DNA from: a candidate division WOR-3 bacterium
Lineage (GTDB): Bacteria > Hydrothermota > Tepidihabitantia > Tepidihabitantales > Tepidihabitantaceae
Assembly (NCBI GenBank): GCA_965649225.1
Contig: CBFGJX010000008.1
Location: forward strand, 21,512 to 85,511
Length of the DNA stretch: 64,000 nt
Reading direction: 5' to 3'
In this document: piece after piece, positions 45,190-54,294 of the stretch
Position numbering within the stretch: position 1 is the stretch's first letter
Layout: every line of letters begins with the position of its first letter
Translations under genes and position numbers: made by a program
The notes under the pieces: generated by a model
The model's input: only the letters and a program-made list of their open reading frames with translations
Database searches by the model: none
What the model was told of the DNA's origin: nothing

Positions 45190-46566
45190 ATGCTGGAAAA
45201 TCGCATCCGTGAAATGCTGTGCGATGCGCGCGACCGCTGCCGCAAAGCCGGGATGCAGGTTGAGTTTCTGTTTCACCGCGAACGGTCTTCACTGATCCGG
45301 CTGGGAAATTCTGCCGTGGCGCTTGCGACCGCCGAGCAGCTGACCCGGCTCGATGTCGCCGTGACCGACGGCCGGCGGACCGGTTCCTATTCGCTGACCG
45401 CGGACCTGGCGTCGCGGGCGATACTGGACGACGCGATCGAACGGGCCCGGGCGGCGGCAGCGGCAGCACTGCCGAAGGATTACGATCCGATTTTCTGCAC
45501 GGTGCAGGAGCCGGTTGATGACAGCCGGGGGTTTGACCCGGCGCTGGAGGCACTCTCGCCCGAAGCCAAGACCGCACTCTGCGCCGAGGTAATCCGGGAA
45601 CTGGGGCCGCGCGGCCATTATGACTTCTCCGGTTCGTGGTCAACCGGTTCGACCGAGATTTACCTTGTCAGTACCGCCAACGACAACGAGGCCTACCGCC
45701 GGCTCACCGACGGCCGGCTGGTGATTGTGCTGAAAGAGCAGAACCGGAAATGGGAGCTGTCGGTCGAGCGTACCCAGAAGGCCGCGGGCGGTTTTTCGGC
45801 CGCCGATATCATCGCCGAGTTTGCCGCGCTGCTGCCGCTGTATGAGCGGAATGCCGGCTACAAGACGCCGACCGGCCGGCAGCGGGTGGTTTTTGCCGGA
45901 CAGGCGGTGGCGGAACTGGTGGCGCTGGCGGTCTGGGGCGGGTTCATCGGCCGGATGTGGGAAGAGAAGCGTGCTTATACCGCCGGACTGAAGCCGGGGG
46001 AGCGGCTGTTTGCCGAATCAATCACGCTGGTGGATGACCCGGAGAATCCGGACTGCTTCGGAATGCCGTTTGACTTCAACGGCATGCGGCGGCGGCGTTT
46101 CACCATGGTCGAAAACGGAGTTTTCCGTTCGGTGATGTATGACAGCAACACCGCGGCTAAATACGGCCGGAAGCCGACCGGTCACGACGGCCCGAACGAC
46201 CTGGCGCTTTTGCCCGGCAACGGACCGGCCGGTATCGAAGCCGGGCTCAAACTTGCCGGTGATGCGCTGTTCATTCCCCATCTGCACTACATTCATCTGC
46301 CTGACCCGACCCGGGGGCTTTTTACCGGTTCGTCACGGTTCAACGCGCTGCGGGTCGAGGGCGGCCGCCTGACCGCGCCGCTTTTTTCCACCCGGGTGAC
46401 CGATGAGATACCGTCGGTTTTCAACCATGTCGTTGCGGTCAGCTCGAAGTCGGTGCCGGTGAATGTCTCGGCGACCTATGACCGGCGCTCGCCCGACGCG
46501 GTCAGCGTGCCCGAGTACATCGTTTGTGATGAAGTGCGGATTAACGATGTAGCGGACAGCTTCTAG
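45190..46566 (+). CDS. pmbA: PmbA/TldE-family protein (TldD partner)
   Basis: PmbA_TldD fold without the HExxxH site. Translationally coupled 4 nt after tldD. Confidence 0.8.
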   Translation: MLENRIREMLCDARDRCRKAGMQVEFLFHRERSSLIRLGNSAVALATAEQLTRLDVAVTDGRRTGSYSLTADLASRAILDDAIERARAAAAAALPKDYDPIFCTVQEPVDDSRGFDPALEALSPEAKTALCAEVIRELGPRGHYDFSGSWSTGSTEIYLVSTANDNEAYRRLTDGRLVIVLKEQNRKWELSVERTQKAAGGFSAADIIAEFAALLPLYERNAGYKTPTGRQRVVFAGQAVAELVALAVWGGFIGRMWEEKRAYTAGLKPGERLFAESITLVDDPENPDCFGMPFDFNGMRRRRFTMVENGVFRSVMYDSNTAAKYGRKPTGHDGPNDLALLPGNGPAGIEAGLKLAGDALFIPHLHYIHLPDPTRGLFTGSSRFNALRVEGGRLTAPLFSTRVTDEIPSVFNHVVAVSSKSVPVNVSATYDRRSPDAVSVPEYIVCDEVRINDVADSF

Positions 46567-46667
46567 ACCGGGTTTTTCGCGCGGCGGGCAGGTTTTTCTG
46601 TCCGCCGCGCTGCTTGTCCTTGACTGATAAAAGTCGTCGGCTATTCTTAGCGTGTCCGACAATCTTT

Positions 46668-46751
46668 GCCGAGGTGGCGGAAATGGCAGACGCGCTAGCC
46701 TCAGGAGTTAGTGGACTCACCTCCATGGGGGTTCAAATCCCCCCCTCGGCA
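46668..46751 (+). tRNA. tRNA-Leu (anticodon CAG), type II with a long variable arm
   Basis: GCCGAGGTGGCGGAAATGGCAGACGCGCTAGCCTCAGGAGTTAGTGGACTCACCTCCATGGGGGTTCAAATCCCCCCCTCGGCA is near-identical in architecture to the E. coli tRNA-Leu(CAG) I remember. The anticodon loop is CTCAGGA. Confidence 0.85.
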
Positions 46752-46935
46752 TAATCATAAGGTGGGGATTTGCTGCGGCGGGCCAGAAAGCCGCCGCAGT
46801 GCACCTCCCCCCCTCAGCTCAATCGTAAGGCCGGGATTTGCTGCGGCGGGCCAGAAAGCCGTCGCAGTGCACCTCCCCCCTCGGCATAGAGCTGCAGTCA
46901 GCTGCGGCGGGATGAAGCCCCGCCGCAGTACAGTT
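46752..46935. repeat. Tandem repeats that re-iterate the tRNA-Leu 3' end (TCCCCCC(C)TCGGCATA) plus a conserved 9–10-bp GC hairpin (CTGCGGCGG…CCGCCGCAG), three copies
   Basis: Units run about 46751-46815 and 46816-46888. A third degenerate hairpin lies at 46889-46933. Unit consensus: ATC[AG]TAAGGnnGGGATTTGCTGCGGCGGGCCAGAAAGCCG[CT]CGCAGTGCACCTCCCCCC(C)TC. Confidence 0.6.
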
Positions 46936-47309
46936 CTGAGCGAGCGGTTTCTTTCAGTGTTGACGCCGACAGGGACTGCCTGACCGGCACTCCCCATCAT
47001 TAGAGCCGCGCCAGCGTCTTTCGGCGACAATGACGATGGCAGAAAAGTCGGGCAGCGGCGGCCAGCTCGATGATTTTCAAGCAGTTGCTTTTCTGAGCTG
47101 GAGCAGGAAAAGGGGTTGGTTACCCCACCGTTCCCATGGGGGTGCTGGCCGGTGTGGGGCCAGGTGCTGCCGGCAGGCAGGGTGAGAGCCGGGACGGGTG
47201 AAAGTTCAAAGAGTCGAGACGGACATTGCCGGCTGGCGCCGGCGACTGTCTTCGGGGTGGCATCGGGTTATCAGTGAGCTGATGGTCAGGTGCGAGTGCG
47301 GCCGCGGTG

Positions 47310-48044
47310 TCAGTCCCGGCCGAACCAGCGGCGCAGTCGCAGTTTGATGACCAGCCAGAACGCCTGCCAGATGATCCGGCGCGACATCTTTGAGACGCCG
47401 GCCGAGCGTTCGGTGAAGACGATTGGAGTTTCGATGAACTTCAGCCCCCGGCGCACAATCGCGAAGACAATCTCAATCTGAAAGCCGTAGCCGTCAACGC
47501 GGAGCCGGTCGAGGTCGATCGATTCCAGCGCCCGGCGGGTGTAGCCCTTGAAGCCGGCGGTGAGGTCCCGCACCGGGATGCCGGTGCCGATGCGGGCATA
47601 AATCGATGCGCCGTAGGAGAGCAGCAGCCGCTTCATCGGCCAGCGAACGATCGAGATGCCGTCGCAATAGCGCGAGCCGATGACCAGGTCGTGGTCTTTG
47701 AGCAGCTCCAGCATCACCGGCAGCCGGTCGGCCGGGTGGGAGAAGTCGGCATCCATCTCAAAGAAGCGGTCGTAGTCCCGCGCCAGGCCCCACTTGAAGG
47801 CAGCGACATAGGCCGTGCCCAGTCCCTGTTTGCCGGAGCGACGCAAGAGATGAACCCGCGGATTGTTGCGGGCCAGTTCGGCGACGATGTCGGCGGTGCC
47901 GTCCGGCGAGCCGTCGTCAATCACCAGAACGTCCAGCTCGGGTGACTGAGCGAGTACGAGCGGAATGATGCGGCCGATGTTTTCGGCCTCGTTGTAGGTG
48001 GGGATGCAGACCAGCGCGCGCGGCACGGGCAATGATATTGACAT
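47310..48044 (-). CDS. GT2 polyprenol-phosphate mannosyltransferase (Dpm1/Ppm1-like dolichol-phosphate mannose synthase)
   Basis: VCIPTYNEAENIGRI…LVIDDGSPDGT…EMDADFSH are the DPM1/GT2 DXD signatures. Length 244 aa. Confidence 0.8.
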   Translation of the reverse strand: MSISLPVPRALVCIPTYNEAENIGRIIPLVLAQSPELDVLVIDDGSPDGTADIVAELARNNPRVHLLRRSGKQGLGTAYVAAFKWGLARDYDRFFEMDADFSHPADRLPVMLELLKDHDLVIGSRYCDGISIVRWPMKRLLLSYGASIYARIGTGIPVRDLTAGFKGYTRRALESIDLDRLRVDGYGFQIEIVFAIVRRGLKFIETPIVFTERSAGVSKMSRRIIWQAFWLVIKLRLRRWFGRD

Positions 48045-48119
48045 ACCGGAGAGGTGTCAACCGCCAGTGACCGGCCGAACAGGGGCAGGATTTGCGAAGT
48101 TTCGCAATAACAGGCGGTT

Positions 48120-48180
48120 AGTGGTTAAGAAATGCTAACGGCCAGCTTATTGCCCGATAACCGACGGTCTTAACATCAGG
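48120..48180 (+). promoter_or_regulatory. About 11-bp-periodic direct repeats (TTAAG…TAAC…TTAT…TAAC…TTAAC) upstream of the porin-pst operon. Candidate PhoB binding (Pho-box-like) array.
   Basis: Repeat cores at about 48125, 48136, 48147, 48158 and 48170. They lie 30-90 nt upstream of the GTG start at 48209 (ribosome-binding site AAGGAGG). Confidence 0.3.
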
Positions 48181-48208
48181 CCAAACCCGACCGCAAAAGG
48201 AGGCATGT

Positions 48209-49396
48209 GTGAAGAAGACCGTCGTCATTGCGCTGCTGGCGCTGCTGGCAGCCGGCGCACTGGCCCAGGACCCGGGCCACACGCAACTGGAGATGAACGG
48301 CTGGTTCCGCTACACGAATCAGTCCAGCAACTTCAGCATTACCGACCCGACGGTGAGCCGCTTCGCTCTCGAGCGCGGCTACATCCGTCTGGCACACCGC
48401 TGGACTCCGGCACTGTATTCCAAGTTCACGGTTGACATGTTTTCGTCCGACAAGTATCCGGAAGGGTCAACGGTCCGGCTCAAGGAAGGATACATGGATT
48501 TCGCGATTCCCTTCCTGCCGGATTTTCTGCTGACCGCGGGTCTGCAGAAGCACTACTTCGGACTGATGTACTCCTGGGACTATCTGAACCCGGACAAGGA
48601 CCTGGCGGACGACCGCGGCGTATGTTCCAGTGCCGACTACGGTATCACGCTCAATGGTTTTCTGCCCAGCGGTCTGGGTGAACTGCAACTCGGTGTCTAC
48701 AACGGCGAAGGCTACAAGATGGCTGGCAAGTACGTGAGCACCTCGCCCGAGCTGCTGGCCAACCTGCGACTCAATCCGTTTGCCGGCTTGCAGTTCGGCG
48801 GCTCGGTCTTCACTCACGACCGGGACATCTCGCATTACAAGAACGATGTTGCCGGCGGCAAGCGTTCAAGCGACAACAAGCTGCGGCTGATGCCGGATAC
48901 GGCCAATACCAAGCGGCTGGCGTTCAGCCCGATGGTGCGGCTGGCGGTCGGTCCGGTTTACGTGCTGGGCAGCTATATCGGCTACAGCTACACCCGTTCC
49001 TACAGTCAGTACAAGCTTGTTTACGACACCGCCAATGTGCTGATTGATTCGACGCTTGAGACCAAGACCAAGGACTATGCGATGGGCGGGTTCGACGTGA
49101 TGCCGGTCGTGACACTGCTGGGGCGCAGGCTCGAGGCCTGGGGCCGGTTCTCGACCTGGGAGCGCAAGGAGCAGTCGGGTGATTCGATGCCGGTCAATCT
49201 CGGGGTGAGTTTTTCGCGCATCGGCGCGGGAGCAAACTGGCATTTCTACCGCCGCAGCGGCGGCAAGCCCGGTGCCGTGCTCCAGCTGGCCTGGATAAGG
49301 GAAAACTCACGCCAGGAAGGCGTGGACCCAAAGGATACTTTCATGGCCCAGTTCCGGTTTGAGTGGGTTGCGGACGTTCCGCCGCCGCAGAATTAA
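48209..49396 (+). CDS. Phosphate-selective porin O/P family outer-membrane protein
   Basis: Signal peptide MKKTVVIALLALLAAGALA. The β-barrel-like sequence ends …RFEWV-type aromatic C-terminus. It sits immediately upstream of pstS, which is the conserved position. Confidence 0.55.
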   Translation: MKKTVVIALLALLAAGALAQDPGHTQLEMNGWFRYTNQSSNFSITDPTVSRFALERGYIRLAHRWTPALYSKFTVDMFSSDKYPEGSTVRLKEGYMDFAIPFLPDFLLTAGLQKHYFGLMYSWDYLNPDKDLADDRGVCSSADYGITLNGFLPSGLGELQLGVYNGEGYKMAGKYVSTSPELLANLRLNPFAGLQFGGSVFTHDRDISHYKNDVAGGKRSSDNKLRLMPDTANTKRLAFSPMVRLAVGPVYVLGSYIGYSYTRSYSQYKLVYDTANVLIDSTLETKTKDYAMGGFDVMPVVTLLGRRLEAWGRFSTWERKEQSGDSMPVNLGVSFSRIGAGANWHFYRRSGGKPGAVLQLAWIRENSRQEGVDPKDTFMAQFRFEWVADVPPPQN

Positions 49397-49411
49397 ATAA
49401 AGGAGACCAAG

Positions 49412-50269
49412 ATGAAGCGATTCGGTACAATTCTTGCGCTGGCCGCACTGGTCGGTGCTGCCCTGGCCGGCGAGATACTGGTCAAGGGCTCGGACACGAT
49501 GCTCAATCTGACCCAGCGGCTGGCCGAGGCGTTCTCGGCCACCCGGGGGGATGTGACCGTATCCATCACCGGCGGTGGTTCCGGGGTCGGTATCAACGCC
49601 ATCACCAACCGTGAGGCCGACATTGCCAACGCCTCGCGGCCGATCCGGTCGAAGGAAATCGGTACGGCCCGGGCCAATGGCGTCAATCCGGTCGAGATTG
49701 CCATTGCCATTGACGGGCTGTCGGTGATTGTCAATCAGTCAAACACGGTCGAGCGGCTGACAATCGACCAGCTGGGCAAAATCTACCGCGGCACGATCAA
49801 GAACTGGAAGGAAGTCGGCGGGCCGGACCGGAAGATAACACTCTACGGCCGCCAGCCGTCTTCGGGTACGTTCATGTTCTTCCGTGACGAAGTCTTGCGG
49901 GGCGAGTATTCGTCGGCGATGCGCCAGATGAACGGCAATGCCCAGATTATCGAAGGGGTCAAGGCTGACCTCGGCGGTATCGGCTATGTCGGTCTTGGTT
50001 ACCTCAATGATGCAACCGGCATCAAGCCGGTGAAGCTGTCGCGGGACGGGACGACCTACGTCTCGCCGCTGGACGAGGAACTGGTGAAGTCGGGACGCTA
50101 TCCGTTGACCCGGCCGCTGTTCCAGTACACCAACGGCAAACCCAAGGGTGATGTGCGGGCGTTCATCGAGTTCGAGCTCAGCCCGGCCGGCCAGCGGATT
50201 GTCGAGGAAGAAGGCTTCCTGCCGGTCACCCAGGACTGGGTCGAAAAGAACAACGCCAAGTTGAAGTGA
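49412..50269 (+). CDS. pstS: Phosphate ABC transporter substrate-binding protein PstS
   Basis: Signal peptide. The PBP motif GSDTM…ITGGGSGVG…GYVGLGY. Confidence 0.85.
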   Translation: MKRFGTILALAALVGAALAGEILVKGSDTMLNLTQRLAEAFSATRGDVTVSITGGGSGVGINAITNREADIANASRPIRSKEIGTARANGVNPVEIAIAIDGLSVIVNQSNTVERLTIDQLGKIYRGTIKNWKEVGGPDRKITLYGRQPSSGTFMFFRDEVLRGEYSSAMRQMNGNAQIIEGVKADLGGIGYVGLGYLNDATGIKPVKLSRDGTTYVSPLDEELVKSGRYPLTRPLFQYTNGKPKGDVRAFIEFELSPAGQRIVEEEGFLPVTQDWVEKNNAKLK

Positions 50270-50315
50270 GGTTGTCCGGTGGCGGGAGGCCGGCCGGCCT
50301 CCCGCCACCGGTACC

Positions 50316-51206
50316 GTGATGAAGACACGCTATCTGGCTGACCGGACCGCCCGGGCGGTTTTCTTTCTCAATGCCCTGGTCGGGTCGCTGACGCTGCTGG
50401 GGATTCTGGCGTTTCTGGCGGTCTACGGGTTGCGGGCATTCCGGGAAACCAGCCTGCTGAAGTTTCTCTTCGGTACGGTCTGGAATCCGGACGCTTATGG
50501 CGAGCCCAGCTACGGACTGTTGCCGATGCTGGTGGGCAGCCTGGTGACGACACTGCTGGCGCTGCTGATCGCGGTGCCGCTGGGGATTGCTGCGGCCGTA
50601 TTCATTTCCGAGCGGCTGCGCGGCTGGCGGCGGGTGGCGGTGAAGACAGTCGTTGAGCTGTTTGCCGGTTTCCCGTCGGTGGTGCTGGGGTTCTTTGGCC
50701 TGGTGGTGGTGGCGCCGTTCATTGCCCGGCTGTTCAATGTGCCGTCCGGGCTGGGGGTGCTGAATGCCGGGTTGCTGCTGGCGCTGATGGCACTGCCGAC
50801 AATCATCTCGGTGTCGGACGACGCCCTGCGGGTTGTGCCGCATTCCTACCGGGAGGCGGCGGCGGCGCTGGGTGCGACCCCGTGGACGACTGCAACCCGG
50901 GTGGTACTGCCGGCAGCCAAGTCCGGGATTCTCGCCGGCTGTATGCTCGGCTTCGGTCGGGCAGTGGGCGAGACCATGGCAGTGCTGATGGTGGCGGGCA
51001 ATGCTCCGCACATGCCGAAATCGCTGTTTGATGCCACCCGGACGATAACGACCACCATCGCGATCGAGCTGGGGGAGACGCCGTTCTTCACCACTCACTA
51101 CTATGTGCTTTTCGCGCTCGGGCTGGTGCTGTTTATCATTACCCTGAGTACCAATCTGCTGGCCGAGGCGATGATCCGGCGCGAGAAACGGAGCTTCATG
51201 CTGTGA
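50316..51206 (+). CDS. pstC: Phosphate ABC transporter permease PstC
   Basis: 6-TM permease with the EAA-like loop …SYREAAAALGATPWTT…. Confidence 0.85.
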   Translation: MMKTRYLADRTARAVFFLNALVGSLTLLGILAFLAVYGLRAFRETSLLKFLFGTVWNPDAYGEPSYGLLPMLVGSLVTTLLALLIAVPLGIAAAVFISERLRGWRRVAVKTVVELFAGFPSVVLGFFGLVVVAPFIARLFNVPSGLGVLNAGLLLALMALPTIISVSDDALRVVPHSYREAAAALGATPWTTATRVVLPAAKSGILAGCMLGFGRAVGETMAVLMVAGNAPHMPKSLFDATRTITTTIAIELGETPFFTTHYYVLFALGLVLFIITLSTNLLAEAMIRREKRSFML

Positions 51207-52114
51207 GCGTGACAAGGGAAAAGCCGCGGCCGGCAATTTCCGACCGACAGGAGCTGCGGCGGGCGCGCTATGCCTCGAACGCGCTGTTTGCGCTGCTGGC
51301 ACTGCCGCTGGTGCTGTTTGTCGGCTTTATCGTGCTGATGGTGGTCTATCTGCTCGGCAACGGGTTGTCGGTGCTGTCGTGGCGTTTTCTCAGCCAGCCG
51401 CCGCTGGAAGGCATGACCGCCGGCGGCATCCTGCCCTGCATCGTCGGTACTGCGTTCGTCACTTTCATTTCACTGGTGTTCTCGATACCGGTCGGGGTAA
51501 GCGGCGGCATCTATCTGGCCGAATACGCACCGGCCAACTTTGCCACCCGGCTGCTGCGGACCGCAATCCGCAGCCTGGCCGGGATTCCGTCGATCGTCTA
51601 CGGCCTTTTCGGGGTGGCGCTGTTCGTTGCGGCGCTGCGGTTCGGCATGTCGGTGCTGGCATCGGGAATGACGCTGGGGCTGATGAACCTGCCCTGGATC
51701 ATCACCACCGCCGAGGAGGCAATCACCGCCATCCCGTCGTCGTTCCGCGAGGGCGCGCTGGCACTCGGGGCGACGCGCTGGGAGGCAATCCGCAAGAACG
51801 TCCTGCCCTATGCGTTCCCCGGCATTCTGACCGGGGTGCTGCTGGCACTGGCGCGGACAATCGGCGAGACGGCGCCGATACTTTTCACCGGCGTCACCTA
51901 CTACACCAGGCAGCTGCCGACTTCGCTTTCCAGCAAGTTCATGGCCCTGCCTTACCATCTTTTCACGCTGTCAACCCAGCACGACAAGATCATGCAGGTG
52001 CGGCCGCTGGCATTCGGCACTGCGATTGTGCTGCTGGTGGCGGTGCTGGCGTTCGATGCGCTGGCCTTTGCCATCCGACTGCGAATCGCCCGCACCAACA
52101 GCTGGCAGGTATAG
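51203..52114 (+). CDS. pstA: Phosphate ABC transporter permease PstA
   Basis: Second permease with the loop …[16 protein letters not shown]…. It overlaps pstC by 4 nt. Confidence 0.85.
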   Translation: MSVTREKPRPAISDRQELRRARYASNALFALLALPLVLFVGFIVLMVVYLLGNGLSVLSWRFLSQPPLEGMTAGGILPCIVGTAFVTFISLVFSIPVGVSGGIYLAEYAPANFATRLLRTAIRSLAGIPSIVYGLFGVALFVAALRFGMSVLASGMTLGLMNLPWIITTAEEAITAIPSSFREGALALGATRWEAIRKNVLPYAFPGILTGVLLALARTIGETAPILFTGVTYYTRQLPTSLSSKFMALPYHLFTLSTQHDKIMQVRPLAFGTAIVLLVAVLAFDALAFAIRLRIARTNSWQV

Positions 52115-52121
52115 GAGCAAG

Positions 52122-52880
52122 ATGGCGGAACAAACTCGAATCTCAATCCAGAATCTCTCGCTGTGGTTCGGCACCAACCATGTGCTGAAGTCCTGCAGTC
52201 TGGACATTCCGGCCAATGCGGTTACCGCAATCATGGGGCCGTCGGGCTGCGGCAAGTCGACGCTGCTGCGCACGATTAACCGGATGAACGACCTTGTCGC
52301 CGGGGTGCGCATCGAGGGCCGGATAATCATCGACGGTCAGAACATTTTTACCGATGTCGACGTCATCGAGCTGCGCAAACGGGTCGGGATGGTCTTTCAG
52401 AAGCCCAATCCGTTTCCGAAGTCAATCTTCGAGAACGTTGCTTTCGGGCTGCGGATTCACCATCAGGGTGACCGCAGCGAGATCAGCGCCCGGGTTGAGG
52501 AGGCGCTGCGGGCGGCCAACCTCTGGGACGAGGTCAAGGACCGACTGCATGACAGCGCTTTCAGCCTTTCCGGCGGCCAGCAGCAGCGGTTGTGTCTGGC
52601 CCGGGCGATTGCCGTCCGGCCCGAGATTATCCTGCTCGACGAGCCGGCGTCGGCACTGGACCCCCATTCGACCGCCCGGCTGGAGGAGCTGGTGATTCAA
52701 CTCAAACGCGATTACACCATCGTCATCGTTACTCATAACATGCAGCAGGCAGCGCGGGTTTCCGACTGCTGTGCGTTTCTGATGCTGGGCGAAATCGTCG
52801 AGACCGGGCCGACTTCGACCGTGTTTACCCGGCCGCGTGACAAACGCACCGAGGATTTCCTGACCGGCAAGTTCGGATGA
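52122..52880 (+). CDS. pstB: Phosphate ABC transporter ATP-binding protein PstB
   Basis: ATG at 52122 after AGGAG. Walker [10 protein letters not shown], signature LSGGQQQRL, and the characteristic RMNDL and [13 protein letters not shown]. Confidence 0.9.
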   Translation: MAEQTRISIQNLSLWFGTNHVLKSCSLDIPANAVTAIMGPSGCGKSTLLRTINRMNDLVAGVRIEGRIIIDGQNIFTDVDVIELRKRVGMVFQKPNPFPKSIFENVAFGLRIHHQGDRSEISARVEEALRAANLWDEVKDRLHDSAFSLSGGQQQRLCLARAIAVRPEIILLDEPASALDPHSTARLEELVIQLKRDYTIVIVTHNMQQAARVSDCCAFLMLGEIVETGPTSTVFTRPRDKRTEDFLTGKFG

Positions 52881-52946
52881 TGGCGCTTGCATTGTTTCGC
52901 CGGCTGGATGATAATCATCTGACCGCGACCGGAACAGGAGTCTAAT

Positions 52947-53636
52947 GTGACAGTACTTGAAGGCCGAATCGCCGAGGTGAAGGAACGACTGCTGGAGATG
53001 GCGGGCATCGTCGAGGACATGGTCGCCAGCAGTGTCAAGGCACTGGTGGAACGTGATGCGGCGGCGGCACGCCGGATCATCGATGAACAGGAAGCCCGGG
53101 TCAACCGGCTGGAAATCGAAAACGAAGACGCGATCATCAGTCTGCTGGCGCTGCACCAGCCCGAGGCAGGCAATCTGCGGACACTGGCTGCCTGCATCAA
53201 AATCAACAACGATCTTGAGCGCATCGGCGACCATGCCGTCAACATTGCCGAGGCGGCAGATTTTCTCGTCGGTCTGCCTCAGCTCAAGCCGCTGGTCGAT
53301 ATTCCGCGGATGGCCGAGCAATCGGTGGCGATGCTGAAAGATGCCCTTGATGCCTTCACCCGTTCCGACCCCCGGCTGGCCCGCGATGTCTGTGCCCGCG
53401 ACAGTATCGTCGATGCTCTCAACGACCAGATCAAGCGCGAACTGGTGACCTACATGACATCGGATGCCCGGGCAATCGACCGGGCGCTGAAGCTGATGAT
53501 GGTTTCGCTCAACCTGGAGCGCATCGCCGACCTGGCGACCAATCTCGCCGAGGACGTCATCTACATGACTACCGGCGAGGTCATCAAGCACCATTTCACG
53601 GATAGTGATGAACAGCCGGCTGGTGGCAATCGTTGA
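52947..53636 (+). CDS. phoU: Phosphate signalling complex protein PhoU
   Basis: Two PhoU repeats (…INNDLERIGDHAVNIAE… and …VSLNLERIADLATNLAE…). Confidence 0.85.
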   Translation: MTVLEGRIAEVKERLLEMAGIVEDMVASSVKALVERDAAAARRIIDEQEARVNRLEIENEDAIISLLALHQPEAGNLRTLAACIKINNDLERIGDHAVNIAEAADFLVGLPQLKPLVDIPRMAEQSVAMLKDALDAFTRSDPRLARDVCARDSIVDALNDQIKRELVTYMTSDARAIDRALKLMMVSLNLERIADLATNLAEDVIYMTTGEVIKHHFTDSDEQPAGGNR

Positions 53637-54294
53637 CGACGAGCCCGACCTGCTTGAGCTCGTTGCCGGCGCCTTTGAGCGCGCCGGGTTTCGCACCGTT
53701 GAGTTCGCTGACCTGGAGCGTTTCCAGCGCTGGCTGGACGAAAACCTGCCCGATGTGCTGATACTGGATCTGATGCTGCCGGACGGCGACGGGATGGAGT
53801 TCTGCCGCCGGCTTCGCGCCGACTCCCGGACCGCGACGGTGCCGGTGGTGATGCTCACCGCCCGGGCGGAAGAAACCGACAAGGTGCTCGGGCTGGAACT
53901 GGGCGCCGACGACTACGTTACCAAACCGTTCTCGCCCCGGGAACTGGTGGCGCGGGTGAAGGCGGTGCTGCGGCGCCGCGAGGCACCGGCGCCGGGCGCG
54001 CCGCGGGAGATCGCTCCCGGGCTGTCAATCGATACCAACCGCTACGCCGTGACGGTGGACGGCGAGCGGGTCAACCTGACCACCACTGAGTTCCGGATTC
54101 TGAACATTCTTGCCGAACATCCGGGCTGGGTGTATTCGCGCGACGAGATTCTCAACCGGCTCTGGGGTCACGACAAGGCGGTGATTGACCGCACCGTCGA
54201 TGTTCACATCACCAATCTGCGGCGCAAACTCGGCCGACACGGCGCGCTGCTGCGCAATGTCCGCGGTGTCGGCTACAAGCTCGAACTCGAGTGA
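53605..54294 (+). CDS. phoB: OmpR-family response regulator, PhoB-like
   Basis: Receiver domain (VDDEPDL…LILDLMLPDGDG…KPF) plus a winged-helix C-terminus (…LTTTEFRILNIL…). The start may be the internal GTG about 53623. Confidence 0.8.
   Translation: MMNSRLVAIVDDEPDLLELVAGAFERAGFRTVEFADLERFQRWLDENLPDVLILDLMLPDGDGMEFCRRLRADSRTATVPVVMLTARAEETDKVLGLELGADDYVTKPFSPRELVARVKAVLRRREAPAPGAPREIAPGLSIDTNRYAVTVDGERVNLTTTEFRILNILAEHPGWVYSRDEILNRLWGHDKAVIDRTVDVHITNLRRKLGRHGALLRNVRGVGYKLELE

Noticed and set aside
46668-46751. Considered whether this element is the tRNA-like domain of a tmRNA rather than a tRNA
   Set aside because: It has a complete anticodon arm (CAG) and a type-II variable arm matching tRNA-Leu. 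No resume-codon or tag-peptide region and no pseudoknots are visible nearby.
46711-46983. A 90-aa ORF spanning the tandem-repeat array
   Set aside because: The ORF is generated by the repeats themselves. It has no ribosome-binding site and a repetitive Pro/Gly/Arg-rich translation.
46752-48044. An integrated prophage or genomic island at the tRNA-Leu 3' end
   Set aside because: No integrase, transposase or phage gene follows. Only about 560 nt of non-coding DNA lie before the chromosomal Ppm1-like gene. The duplicated tRNA ends bracket hairpin units only tens of nucleotides long.
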